In this document: piece by piece, positions 1 through 13,339 of the stretch
Numbering within the stretch: position 1 is the first letter of the stretch
Layout: every line of letters starts with the position of its first letter
DNA from: Octopus vulgaris
Taxonomy: Eukaryota
NCBI GenBank assembly: GCA_951406725.2
Contig: OX597832.1
Coordinates: 27,404,001-27,468,000 of the forward strand
Direction of reading: 5' to 3'
DNA: 64,000 bases
Translations under genes and position numbers: made by a program
Notes under the pieces: generated by a model
The model's input: the letters and a program-made list of their open reading frames with translations, nothing else
The model's database searches: none
What the model was told of the DNA's origin: nothing

Positions 1-507
1 CGCTTGAATTAGTAGACTTAAATTAAATAGCCTTGTGTGTGTGTGTACATTTATGCACACTTACACACATACGAGCACACGTACGTTCAGATACATATAT
101 ATATTCTGTATGCGTACGATTGCATACATAGCTGTATATACATACGTACACAAGTATAGATGAGTGATGGTTTTGACAATTCGCCAGATGAATTTACATA
201 AAATATTTTTATTGCCTCCTCAGCTTCAATGAAATTATTTACGTTATTTCACACTGCATCCAAAATTAGTGTGACATATATCATATCTTATCATATCAAG
301 TCATAGCAAATCATATTATATATATATATAGATAGATACATACATACACACGCATATATATATAGATAGATATTATATATATGTATGTGTGTATATATGT
401 ACGCACATACATACACTTACATAAATATATATATTCTCAGTTTATATATATATATATATATACACATATATATGTATGTGTGTATGTACGTATATATCTA
501 TATATGT

Positions 508-558
<51 letters not shown>

Positions 559-663
559 AATAAAAATGTTCAGCCTCTTGCTTAGGGCGAGCCCATAGCA
601 ATATCATATCTTCTCCACTATTTCAGTATTACGTGTTAAAACATCTCTCTATTATTTGTCAGA

Positions 664-700
664 TAGCATTATGACCCGGCGTTGCCGGGTCGTAGTGCTA

Positions 701-701
<1 letters not shown>
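664..701 (+). mobile_element. Helitron/Helentron-like 3' terminus (GC-rich hairpin then CTAG, next to a TA tract)
   Basis: tagcattatgacccggc-gtt-gccgggtcgtagtgcta is a 17-bp near-perfect palindrome (two G:T pairs) ending in CTAG|T directly before (TA)n. Confidence 0.45.
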
Positions 702-764
<63 letters not shown>

Positions 765-766
<2 letters not shown>

Positions 767-965
767 TGTAACCACAAGTGAATTGTTGGCGATGTTCTTC
801 CTCCGTCTTCATGTTCTATTGGGCTTTCCTCTGTTTCTGAAGAAGAGCGTCTGCTCGAAACGTTAAACCATCTTTCTTTCCTTCCCTGAGCGTCTGCCAA
901 TACTTTACATGTACCACGTCCTGGCGTTGTTGTTGTTTGTGTTTGCTGTTCTTTGGATTTATTAC
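765..965 (+). mobile_element. ~200-bp non-autonomous hammerhead-containing element (Penelope-like or retrozyme-like), copy 1
   Basis: Aligns by eye with 2825-2985, 4785-4976, 6903-6983, 7148-7297(-) and 58868-59075(-) through the shared ctgagcgtc..aatact..ccacgtcct(c/g)gcgttgttg motif. Flanked by TA-rich repeats. Confidence 0.8.
833..868 (+). ncRNA. Minimal type-I hammerhead ribozyme (family 1)
   Basis: GTTT-CTGAAGA-A-GAGC(gtct)GCTC-GAAA-CG-TT-AAAC: stem I GTTT/AAAC, intact CUGANGA and GAAA core, 4-bp stem II, palindromic AACGTT stem III, GUU cleavage triplet. Confidence 0.8.
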
Positions 966-995
966 ATATATACATATACATACATACATACATAA

Positions 996-1078
<83 letters not shown>

Positions 1079-1114
1079 ACTGTCTGTCTGTCAATCTGTC
1101 AGTCTAGGTCAGTC

Positions 1115-1170
<56 letters not shown>

Positions 1171-1172
1171 CA
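996..1172. repeat. (TATC)n followed by inverted (GATA)n microsatellite
   Basis: Tetranucleotide arrays read directly from the sequence. Confidence 0.95.
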
Positions 1173-1289
1173 GATGGATAGACATACATTCATACGTAGG
1201 TGTGTGTCAGAGCGTCCGTAGGTATGTGCGCGTGTCTGTGTGTGTATATATATATATATACACACACGCATATATATAAACATGCATAC

Positions 1290-1320
<31 letters not shown>

Positions 1321-2584
1321 AATATATATATATACATATATATATATGTATATATATATGTGTGTATATATATATATGTGTGTGTGTATATATATATATA
1401 TATGTATATATATATACACACACATATATATATAAACATGCATACATATATATATATATGTATGTATATATATATGTATGTGTGTGTGTGTATGTGTGTG
1501 TGTGTATGTATATATATACATGTATGTATGTGTGTGTGCGTTCCACCGTTTTCTAATTTCTTTCCCGCCATATTGTTACCAAAATAGAAGTTCCAGTCGA
1601 ATTCACATTCGTTCTCTGCTTCCTTGAATTCCCCTGATCGCAAACAGACCCACACATACATTCATACACACACACGCCCACACATATATAGGAAAACACA
1701 CACAACACACACACAACACACACAGAGACACACACACAGCCACACACACAAACGCATATACCTATACATAATACGTTCAAGATGGATTATTGATTATTTT
1801 TGACAAAATTATTGTTTTGTTGGGAGTGGTTGGCTATGATGTCGTAGGGGAATGGTTGTGGAAGTGGCGAGGAAGAGGATTCTTGCTTTGGTCTTTTCTG
1901 ATGCCAAAATGTCTTGACATTTCAAAGACCTCAGATAAATGTTCTGAAGTACGAAAATATACGAGAATCTTGGCTCTCCCAATGCTTCTGTTGGCCATAA
2001 CGGTTCGCTGCCGGACGCTGCAAGCACCACATGACCAGACAATATGGCCGCTTGGCGTGCTGGAAATAGACATCAGATTTATCGATAAATCAAACAATGA
2101 TATTTAAATTAAAGGAGGATACCTCTGTCGGTATTATACCTGATATACAGGAAGACTGGATGGTCACATATGGGACGCCTTTGATCATAAGTCTGTTCAA
2201 CAACAACAACAACAACAATTACAACTTCTAAGAAAACAAAACAATGAAGGATTCTCTGCAACTGATCTGAAGACATGTTTTATGTCTGTTTTACTGGTCT
2301 CCAACTGGGGCACGGGTTTGCAGATTCCTAGCCGGACAAATCAAATCCGGTTCTAATTTTCCTTCAAGCCTGTTGCTTTCGGTATATTTTTGCCGAAACC
2401 GCTAAAATACGCTGACCTGAACAAACCAACACCGGTTATCAAACGGTGTGAGGGACAGACACAAACACACACACACACACGCATAAATACATACATACAT
2501 ATACACACTTACACACACACATATATATATACACATATATATATATACATATATATATACATATATGTATACATACATTTATAC

Positions 2585-2632
<48 letters not shown>

Positions 2633-2824
2633 TCCTAATATAGGATAAAATATTTTCCCCAAAAAAATTCATCAAAGTGGCCAGCATATTAAAATACCTT
2701 TAAAGGTGAAAATTATAAACAATTATAAGGAAGGGCAAAAGAAACAAAGATTTCTATGCCAATATGCTGAGAATAGACTTTAAATCGCCAATCACCACAT
2801 TACAATATACATTCACCATGACTT

Positions 2825-2985
2825 TCCTATTTCGACTTCCTTATTTTCCCGTTTCTGATGAAGAGTTTTGCTCGAAATGTAAAACACCATTTCTTCCCTT
2901 CCCTGAGCGTTTTATTAATACTTTGCATCTACCACGTCCTCGCATTGTTGTTTTTTCTCCTTTTTTCTTCGTCTTTTTGATTATA
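2825..2985 (+). mobile_element. Hammerhead-containing element, copy 2
   Basis: Homologous to 765-965. Confidence 0.75.
2851..2885 (+). ncRNA. Minimal type-I hammerhead ribozyme (family 1)
   Basis: GTTT-CTGATGA-A-GAGT(ttt)GCTC-GAAA-TG-TA-AAAC, with intact core and a GUA triplet. Confidence 0.7.
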
Positions 2986-3019
2986 TATACATATATATAA
3001 TATGTATGTATATATAATG

Positions 3020-3073
<54 letters not shown>

Positions 3074-3078
3074 TGTAT

Positions 3079-3148
<70 letters not shown>

Positions 3149-3663
3149 ATATATATATATACATACACATAGAACTGTAAATCAATTACTTGATTTGCTG
3201 TTCATTATTTTGAGTGATTTCCGATATGAAAAAAAGCTAATATATACATATATATACGTACGTATGTACGTATATATGTGTAGATGCATGCATGCAGACA
3301 TACTGACACACACACTCATGTATAAGTGTGTGAGTAAATTCATATACACATACATACACATTTGTTTGGTGTGCGCACGTGTGTGTGTGAGAGAGAATGT
3401 TTATATTATATGTAACTGTAACACGAACGAAAGAGCGGGAAAAAAACTTTACAATTAGAAGAAATTAAGTAAAAAACAATAATATAATCCACCATATCCG
3501 CCATCACCAACAACAATTACTGCACCAATCCATATGGTGACCAACCCACCTCAGCCTCTCCAACCGTTTATATTGTTTCTTCCTAAATTCACATCTGTTT
3601 TTATCTTAAATATCATTTTTTTTCTCCTACTTTTCGCTAGATTTCTCTTTGAGTATTAACTGC

Positions 3664-3694
<31 letters not shown>

Positions 3695-3782
3695 AGTGGT
3701 AGTGGGGGTGTTGTTGGTGTTGATGTTGTTAATAAGTCTTTACACTGTTTATCAATAATTCAATCTAGAAGGATTCAATAAA

Positions 3783-4010
3783 TCTTCTTCTTTTCCTTCT
3801 TCTTCTTCTTCTTCTTCTTCTTCTTCTTCTTCTTCTTCTTCTTCTTCTTCTTCTTCTACTACTTCTACTTCTTCCTCTTCTTCTTCTTCTTCTTTTTCTC
3901 CTCCTCCTCCTTTTTCTCCCCTCCTCCTCCTCCTCCTCCTCCTCCTCCTTTTTCTCCTCCTCCTTCTCCGCCTCCTCCTCCACCACCTCCCCCTCCCCCT
4001 TCTCCTTCTG
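3783..4010. repeat. (TTC)n/(CTC)n trinucleotide tract
   Basis: Direct reading. Confidence 0.95.
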
Positions 4011-4784
4011 CTAAAATCTTTCATTCCTTCATTCCCTCATTTCTTCCCTCTGTGTCTCTCGTCTATTTCGTTTTCAATTTCTTTCTTTCTCTCTTGTTTA
4101 TTCCTTTTTTTCGTCATCTCCATCATCATCATCATCATCATCGTCATCATCAACATCATCATCATCATCAACATCATCAACACCATCACCACCACCACCA
4201 TCACCACCATACCACCGTCTTCCTAACCTATATCAGTGTTATATGTGTGTGTGTGTGCGTGCGTGCGTGTGTGTGTGTGCGTGTATGTTGGGGTGATGGT
4301 GGTGATGGGTGGTCGAGGAATTTTAGCGCAGCGAGAAATAAGCAGCTCCTGTAGAGCGTCGGCCTGAATGTTTTTCACTGTTTGATCTGATTCTTTATTC
4401 GCTGAGTTCAATTCCTATCGGAGCCATTTTCGTCTTCCATTCTTTCTGATGAAAGAATCATTCGAATCCAAAAGAATGGTGCAAGTATTGCAAGATCGGA
4501 ACTAATTCCGTTCAGTAGCCGTTCCCTCTTTTTGCATTCTGAGTTCAAATCGCACCAAGGGTTATATGGATGACAGTTTATACATGGGACCTTGGATGAT
4601 TTTAGTGGACCCCACTCTGTTACAAGATTTGGGGCCCACGTTTTTGGTTCGGAGATAACTTCCCACCTCCCCTACTTCTCAACTGTCTTGGGAAATCTCT
4701 ACAGGATCGTGAGTACAGACTTCCTTCCTGACTGTAAGATATACACACGTACAAACACACACGCACATATATACATACATGTAC

Positions 4785-4976
4785 ACACGCGATTTTTTTT
4801 CCTCTGTCTTCCCTTCTCTGGATCTTTCCTTCTCCTATGTTTCTGACAAAGAGCTCCACTCGAAACGTTAAACCCTCCTTCTTTCCTTCTTTCCTGAGCG
4901 TCCAATAATACTATATTTGTTCCACGTCCTCGCGTTGTTGTGTTTTTTTTTTGTGCTTTCATGTTTGGATTAACTA
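4785..4976 (+). mobile_element. Hammerhead-containing element, copy 3 (HHR 4839-4873 with core mutation CUGACAA)
   Basis: GTTT-CTGACAA-A-GAGC(tcc)ACTC-GAAA-CG-TT-AAAC. The G8A change is probably inactivating. Confidence 0.75.
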
Positions 4977-5026
<50 letters not shown>

Positions 5027-5596
5027 CATACATACATACATATATACATACATACATACATATATATACATATATATATATATATATGTATGTATGTTTG
5101 TATGTATATATGTATGTATGTATGTTTGTATGTATGTATGTATGTATGTATGTGTGTATGCATGCATACTTAAGCACACAACCGTCACGTGCACAGAGAT
5201 TCATACTCACACATGCATAAATTACCTGAACATTTTGTTTTCTCTCTCTTTCTCCCCCCTTCTCTCTCTTTGTATATACTCACATGTATATACGTAAGTA
5301 TACGTGTATATAGGCTTCGTCCTAGCAATGTTTGCGATGCTATGATTAATATCCGTGACGTATTAATCCGTGAAACCATGCTGGAACAAACAGACCGGAA
5401 GTACTTTGCTTAATCGCCGAAGTAATATTGCAAGAGAGATAATCCGTTATCGATAATCCCCACTGGCAGTAAATTCCAGAAAAAAATGGATAGGAAGAAA
5501 ATAGGTAACCTCAATTCTTTATATATTTAGGTCATGGCACCCTTAATACATATATATATACATATATACATACATACATACATACATACATACATA

Positions 5597-5654
<58 letters not shown>

Positions 5655-5791
5655 TATGGAATCGTATAGGCATATATAGAAAGAAATATACGTATATCTA
5701 TCTACCTACCTACCTACCTACCTACCTACCTACCTACTGTGTGTTTTTGTACCTATCTATGTTTCATCTATCTATCTGTTTTTTTCGTTTA

Positions 5792-5831
<40 letters not shown>

Positions 5832-5981
5832 ATATATATATATATACATAAATGTGTTTCATTTTAATAGCTCCGAGAAAGCTAAAGCTACAGTGATTGG
5901 CATAATACCAGAAGGGATAACCCACATCAAAACAGTCAATGCAACAGAATAAATATTTGTGTACTGAGCATGGAAGTTAAA

Positions 5982-6024
5982 GATGTGACGTTTCGGATAA
6001 GCAGTCTGTCATCAGCAGTGCATC
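5982..6024 (-). ncRNA. Hammerhead-like motif (family 4, imperfect helices)
   Basis: Minus strand: gatgcactg-CTGATGA-cagactgcttatcc-GAAA-CG-TC-acatc. Core and GUC triplet are intact, but stems I and II are weak. Confidence 0.4.
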
Positions 6025-6686
6025 GTAGTTTATAGAATTCTATTGATCCTTTGTTGTAAATAAATGCAACATTTGGATAATTGTCAATTGATACAAAAGC
6101 TGCAGAAAACCGACGCAGAAATAGAAGCAGGAACTGTGGTTATTGCACACTTCTCCAGCAATTCAAAATGTCTGTCTGGTTATTATAGTTTATTAAATAT
6201 TATTCCTGCCCACCGTTATATCACCAGTTTTCTTTATTTCAAGAAACTGCAATATTCTCCAATGAACAACGGAGATTGTTTATTCAAATTCTGTGGAAAA
6301 AATTAATCGATTTTCCAGAGATTGTGTCACAGAAGGTTCCACAGGTTTGGTTTTTGATAGAAGATTATTGTTCTCTAAACACCAACTGAAGAATGACGTT
6401 GTTTGGTTACAGACTGACATTGATGTTCAGCTCAATAAATCTCTATGAAGTTTTAAGTGTGTTGCGGACATATATCTGTGTGCCTGTGTATGTGTGTGTG
6501 TGTGTGAGAGAGAGTGTGTGCGTGTGTCTGTGTGTGTGCACGTATATGTATATACGTATATATAGTTATAAGCTTATGTATACATATATATATGTTTATA
6601 TATATATATTTGCATATGTGTGTATATGTGTGTACACAAATGCATACACATTCATATAAATTGGTACATATATATTCATATATAGT

Positions 6687-6717
<31 letters not shown>

Positions 6718-6853
6718 ACATGTGTGTGTGTTTGTGCATGTGTTTTTGGGCTTGTATGTACGTACATGGTTATGTGTGATACATGTAGATGCACGTAAAA
6801 GTAGGTATATATGTTATGCATGCATTTATCCATATGTATATTTATTGTTCATA

Positions 6854-6902
<49 letters not shown>

Positions 6903-6905
<3 letters not shown>

Positions 6906-6983
6906 CCTTCTTTCCTGAGCGTCCATTAATACTATACTTGTTCCACGTCCTTGCGTTGTTGTGTTTTCATGTTTGGATTAACT
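6903..6983 (+). mobile_element. 3' fragment of the hammerhead-containing element (lacks the HHR)
   Basis: ttcctgagcgtccattaatactatacttgttccacgtccttgcgttgttg..ttggattaact. Confidence 0.75.
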
Positions 6984-6984
6984 T

Positions 6985-7015
<31 letters not shown>

Positions 7016-7113
7016 ATATATATATATACGCCCACGCACAAACAGACTCACGCACACATGTAGGAAACAAAAGAAAGGCTCTTTAAAGGTAGATACATGC
7101 ATCCATGTGTTTT

Positions 7114-7147
<34 letters not shown>

Positions 7148-7153
<6 letters not shown>

Positions 7154-7297
7154 ATCCAAACAAGAAAGCACAAAAAACACAACAACGCGAGGATGTGGAA
7201 CAAATATAGTATCATTGGACGCTCAGGAAAGAAGGAGGGTTTAAGGTTTCGAGCGGAGCTCTTCGTCGGAAACATAGAAGGAAAGATCCAGAGAAGG
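7148..7297 (-). mobile_element. Hammerhead-containing element, inverted copy (HHR 7239-7273, degenerate)
   Basis: Minus strand: GTTT-CCGACGA-A-GAGC(tcc)GCTC-GAAA-CC-TT-AAAC. Confidence 0.75.
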
Positions 7298-7327
7298 GGT
7301 GCTTATGTATATATTACTGAATCTGAG

Positions 7328-7503
7328 AGCACTCCGTCGGTTAGGTTACGACGACAAGGGTCCCAGCAGATACGATCAACGGAACACCTTGCTCGTGAAT
7401 TTATCGTGCAAGTGGTTGTGTATTCCACAGACACGCGTACTCCTTCCACATACTTCTCAGGGAGATTCAGCGTGACAAGGCCGGCCCTTTGAAATACGGG
7501 TAC
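7328..7503 (-). mobile_element. 3' fragment of tRNA-derived SINE family A
   Basis: Diverged match to 18388-18575 (actccgtcggtt..acgacgac..). Confidence 0.8.
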
Positions 7504-7514
7504 TGCCGATTTTT

Positions 7515-7615
7515 GCAGGCGTGGCTATATGGTAAGAAGCTTGCTTCCCACCCACATGGTTCCGGGATCAATCCCAGTGCATGGCATATGGATGAGTGTT
7601 TTCTACTATAGCCTC
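7515..7615 (+). mobile_element. 5' fragment of SINE family B
   Basis: gcaggcgtggctatatggtaagaagcttgcttccca.. matches the 47019 head, with A-box and B-box-like motifs. Confidence 0.75.
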
Positions 7616-8553
7616 ATGCTATATATATATATATATATATGAATATATATATATATTTGTGTATGAGTGTGTGTGTGTGTCTGTGTGCGTATAAAATTTA
7701 TGAACGCGTTAAGGACCCCTCGTTTTTCCCGTTTAAATATTTAAAGCCAAGGTAAACTGGAAGACGACAAAATTGTCACTTAGGACTTTTCGTAAATATT
7801 TTTATCGTTGTTTAAAATAAATGGCAAGAACTATCGAAGGAGATATATTTACATACGGATATGAATGAGTCACACAATTCTACGTTGTTCAACTTTGAGT
7901 AAAAAAAAAAAAGAAAAAGAGAGAAAGAGAGAGAGAAGGAAAAGACACGTTTGTTGTACGTACAGACAGTCTGATGTTTCAAAGAGATATTTTAGGAAGT
8001 AAAAGCACATCAATCTGAAGAAATTTGGCTGAATTTTAACTGGCACATTGCCTCCGACATAAATTATGGGTGTTCATAGATTAAACTTTTATTTTCAATG
8101 AAATATTTTGATATTTACGTTGAAGTGAATTGGATTGTCAATCTATCCATTATGGCTGCTTGTGTGTTTTGAATTGTGTGTGTATGCGCGTGCGCTCGTG
8201 TGTGCAAGCGTGTGGAGTAGATTAAAGAATATTTTCTTACAAATATATGTAAATATATTCCAATGTTTAATAGGACAGCCATCACATTCGATCACACAGA
8301 CATGTGTGGGTCTATTTCGCCTATGTGTGTGTGTACTGTATGTGTACCTGTATATATGCATATATGTGTGTGTGTGTTCGTGTGTGCGTGTGTGTGTGTA
8401 CATATATATATGTATATGGATTTCTCTATATGTATTTATGCATATATGTATATATTTTTACTCTTTTAATGGTTTCAATCGATGAACCTCGGCCATGCTG
8501 GAGTACACGTGTGCATATGTACGCTTTTGCATATATGTATATATGTATGTGTG

Positions 8554-8593
<40 letters not shown>

Positions 8594-8761
8594 AGTATGT
8601 ATATATATATGTATGTATGTCTGTCTGTATGTATATATATTCATATTTATATGCGTATGCGTGTATATATGTGCGTATGTATTTATATATACATAAATAT
8701 ACGCATGCATGTGCGTGTACGTACATATACACGTGCACATATTTAATATGCATCATTTGAT

Positions 8762-8800
<39 letters not shown>

Positions 8801-9288
8801 TTGCCTGTACTATACACATACTATATACGATACATATACGTGTGTATACACGCGCATTATGATTATTAATTACCATTGTTCAATCGTACATTATCGACAC
8901 TCTGTCAACCCACCCCCCAACCTACCCCTTTACCACCCCATCCCATATTACATTCTCCTCTCCCTGCTACTTCGCATCGATTCTCCAGCTTATTCGTACC
9001 ACACACCCTTCCCCCCTTCACGATCTCTACTATTCTTATCTTCCTCCCTCTCCTCCCTCTTCCCCTCTCATACTCTTCTACTTGATCCTCTCTACGTAAC
9101 AAGTTTAAACTACCGAGATCGTTAGTTTATATTGCTCTCCCTCTCCTTCTCTCTCTGTATCTCTCTCTCCTCCCACTCTCCCGAGCTATCTTTATATATA
9201 TATGCATCTGTGAATGTATATATATATACACAGTTGACTAGCAAGTGCCATATCTATCTATCTAGCTACTTAGCTAGCTAACTGTCAG

Positions 9289-9320
<32 letters not shown>

Positions 9321-9726
9321 CCTATAAATATATATGAATATATATGTGCCTATACACACACACACACACACACAAATATATATATATATCTAACAATCTA
9401 TTTATCTATCTAGCTGTCTGTCTATGTATTATCACCCTATCCATCCATCCATCCATCCATCTAGTTATATATATATCTACCTACCTACTATCTATTTCAT
9501 GTATCTATGTATATATATATATATATATATATATACATACTCACGTCCCATAGTGTATATTATTTATTATAATCACAGATAATTCCATCGACATGTTATT
9601 CGCAGCAATATAAATGAATCCGCAATTTATATTTTTACAGTTTCCGTTTGATATTATCAGCAAGTTATTGTTCTGGAAAAAGCTTTGTCGCAAAGTGATC
9701 ACAACAAGCGATTCGACTTCTATTAT

Positions 9727-9770
<44 letters not shown>

Positions 9771-9846
9771 ACACACATACATACACCTCCTGGCACCAAC
9801 ATACAAAGACACATTTATATATGTATGTACGTACGTACGTATGTGC

Positions 9847-10079
<233 letters not shown>

Positions 10080-10864
10080 CGAAGCACTCTTCTGTTGAGC
10101 GATTTCTCAACTCTGGCGTTCTCTGATTTTAAGATTTCAAGAATTTATGCAGAGACTTTATTGAAACTATGAAACGTATTCAAGTGATGTCAAGATCAAT
10201 AATTTGTGATGCTAACAGCAACGTCGTTAATATCCCGACGCATGCAACATCAATAGAACATCAGCTACGGCCTGCCATTCCGCCGAGCAGCCATCTAGAA
10301 ACGTAAAATTTGTTTTATTAAGTAAAAGAGACATTTGAAAACAGTTTTCGTTGTGATTTTAAATGTTGGGTTAATCTTTCTGACAGGACAAATCAAAATT
10401 GAATGATGAAGAAGGCTGAAAAGTCTGTTGAGCATAAATAACTTTGGCAAATATGAAGAACATTGCTTGCGACGTGTTAGTTGAACCGCCAGCGAAATAG
10501 CTGTGTGTGAGCAAGAGATGCAGCGGAATGGTGATGGAGCGAGACAAATGGAAGATGCCAAATATATAGATGGGAAGGCCGTTGTTCAAATGAGGACTCA
10601 ATGCACGTATTTGTCAGAGGGACGATGTTTATTACTAGCAAAACACTCCACAGAAAGCTTATCCGTTACACAGATCGGGTGATTATTAATTACTGATCTC
10701 AGATCTTCAGGGTCGTATTGTGTGCGTATGCGTTGGGTAGTCATGTTGGTCGTGCATATTTCAGTTTGTTAGTATGCATGCGTGCCTTTGTGTAAGTTTA
10801 AGTTTGGTATGGTGTGGTCATGGCTAATGGGTGTGTCTTGTTTAATGTTTGGTTCCAGTGATAC

Positions 10865-11150
10865 TGTGGTGGCTGAATATGAGAGTTTAACTGTGTTTGC
10901 ATAAAAGATTTTGTTGTAGTAATGCGGTGGGGGAAGTGCTATTGTACAAAAAGGAAAGCCCCTACTGTGGAAATCATGGAAAGTCCCTGCAATGGAATTC
11001 ATGACATCTTTGTTGTAGCGGGGATTACACCAGGTTATCTTGCGAGGCCGGTTGCGTTGGTTGCCTCATGGATCAATAGAAGGGGTGTAAGTTATGTCGT
11101 CCTTAAATCCACTTTTATGGAGGGCGTCATTATAGTATGGTGCGTTTTCT
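10865..11150 (-). pseudogene. Penelope-like element reverse transcriptase thumb/linker fragment (frameshifted)
   Basis: Minus-strand translation gives NAPYYNDALHKSGFKDDITYTP..RNRPRKITWCNPRYNKDVMNSIAGTF..PPPHYYNKIFYANTVKLSYS. This matches the PLE motif R-x-I-x-W-F-N-P-P-Y..HFP..IFN-x-NTVK-x-SYS. Confidence 0.8.
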
Positions 11151-11724
11151 TGACGCACTACCATGATATATATAATAAGATATATATTTTCAAACCGTGT
11201 GGTGACCAGTCCATCTTTTCGCCATGTGCTTGGAATCTAAGACCACATTGTCCAGTGTAATGTTCTATTTCGTACACGGTGTGTAAGTTGTGATACGAGG
11301 AAAATTTAACTGCTATTTCTCGCCGATCGGGCAGCCGTGTGGGAGCTGTCTGAAGCCACCCCATAATTTTTCATGATGGTTTGTATTTAATGTACCACAG
11401 CGATGGCAATGATGGCGATGCCAGTTCTTTTATTCGTATGTTTCGGCCTACACATACGTACTTATAACATACAAGCATACTTACGTATAAAGACAGATGG
11501 ATACACATACAGGCATGGGCGCATACACACGGGCATACGATGTACGAGCATACATATATATGAACAGATAGACATGCATACATATACACACACTGATACA
11601 CAAATATATACACATAAATACACACATGCATGCATATACATACATACATATAACTACACACACACACACGCATATGTATGCATTATGTGTGTATGTATGT
11701 ATGTATGTATTTTGGATGTATGTA

Positions 11725-11755
<31 letters not shown>

Positions 11756-12627
11756 ATATATGTATGTGTGTGTATATGTATGTATATGAATGTATACATA
11801 TGTCTTCCTCTCGGATTTTCTTTGATTTTTCAGTTTTCTGTCACATCTCTCTTCTCTCATCTTTCTTATTTCTTCTTCCCCCTCCTCTTCTGTCCACCCT
11901 CCCCTCTGTCTCTTCTTTCCACTACCCCTTCCACTTTCCTCATTTTGTTCTCTCTGTCTCTTTCCCCGCTCCTCTCTCTCTCTCTCTCTCTCTCTCTTCG
12001 TACCCCTTTCGACTTACTTCTTACTCACCCCTCACTAATCTCCTCTCGTCTCTCCTCTCCCCCTCCTTTTCTATTAATCTCCCCCCCTCTCCTATCTTTC
12101 ATTCTCTTTCGGTTATATTCACCGCCGAATTCCCCCGCAAACATCTCTCAACTGATTCAATACTTTACAATAATGGCCGCTTCGCCATTTTTAATCTCTT
12201 TTTAATCTCTTTAAGACATTTCTGAGATTTACAAATGATAAAAACAAAACGAAGAATCATAAATAGCATTTGATGTCATATTGCCTGTCTGTCTGTCATA
12301 CTGATAAACTGTCATGTTGTCTGTTTGTCCCTGTTTAGCAGACAGTTATTATGTCTACTAAGTAAAGAAAGACAAAAACCGACAAGAAACAACAAAACAC
12401 ATAGAGATGTCTTCATTTAATAATACTCGATATTAAGAGAAGAACGTACCCCTGCAGGATACCTTATAATTACTCTTAGCGGGGTGTTTTTCACTAGCTA
12501 AATGCTCAACAAATGTTCGTGAAATTATGAATTATTTGGTGGGTAGCAACACAGAACAGCGGAGTGACAAATAGAGATGGAGTAAGTTATTTCAAAGTTT
12601 AAGAGAGAATTATGGCCGTATTTTTTT

Positions 12628-12678
12628 TTTATCTAGTTTCAGCTCACAAGTTGTGGCCATGCTGGGGCACCGCCATTT
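12628..12678 (-). mobile_element. Isolated 3' tail of the CR1-type LINE
   Basis: Reverse complement aaatggcggtgccccagcatggccacaacttgtgagctgaaactagataaaaa is nearly identical to 60558-60610. Confidence 0.85.
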
Positions 12679-12778
12679 TGTAAAATTATGTAAAATTATG
12701 TATATGTATAATTATAGGGATAAATGGCGTTGCTGTCGTGGTGTTGGTTAAGGTGGCCATTATTTGTATCGCTGCCAA

Positions 12779-12963
12779 GGCGGTGATCTAGCAGAATAGT
12801 TAACACACCGGTTTTTACGTTCTAAGTTCAAATTCCGCCGAGGTCAGCTTTGCCTTTCAACCTTTCGGGGTCGATAAAATAAACACCGCTTGATCTCTGG
12901 GGCCGATACTATTGAATTTCCTTCATCCCCGAAATTGCTGACCTTGTGCCGAAATTTGAAACC
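12779..12963 (+). mobile_element. SINE family D (Meta-domain-like), diverged
   Basis: gttcaaattccgccgaggtc..ctttgcctttcaacctttcggggtcgataaa. Confidence 0.8.
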
Positions 12964-13325
12964 GTTATTAGTATTATTGCTGTTGTGGAAGAATGAGACA
13001 GGTTTATTGGTTAAGAACATTGAGATGACGATCAAGAGGTCATGAGATCGATTCCTGAACGGGGCGATGCATTGTGTACCTGGGCAAACCATCATTTCAC
13101 GCTGCTTCAGTTTACCTAGCTGCAAATGAGAACCAGCCGGTTGCCCTTTCTTGTTCCAACAGCTACACACTCGATGTTCCCAGGGGACAAGGTTAGCAGT
13201 ATATTTAAGTCTGCTCGTGACTATAAAAGCACCTAAAACAATTAGCGAAGCCTACTACTACGTATCAAGTTGCAAGTGACTGCGAAGTTCGAAGTTAAAC
13301 TGTTACTGTGCACGTGGTTGGTGAT

Positions 13326-13339
13326 GTTACTATAGTAAC
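13326..13339. promoter_or_regulatory. Palindromic RFX X-box candidate
   Basis: GTTACT-AT-AGTAAC fits GTHNYY-AT-RRNAAC. A CACGTG E-box lies about 10 bp upstream. Confidence 0.35.

Noticed and set aside
4437-4479. ccattcttt-CTGATGA-..-GAATCCA-aaagaatgg hammerhead-like hairpin
   Set aside because: A 9-bp outer stem and CUGAUGA are present, but GAAA, stem III and the UH site are missing.
10083-10190. cactctt-CTGTTGA..GAAACGTA..aagtg
   Set aside because: Core is mutated, the spacer is long and unpaired, and stem I is offset.
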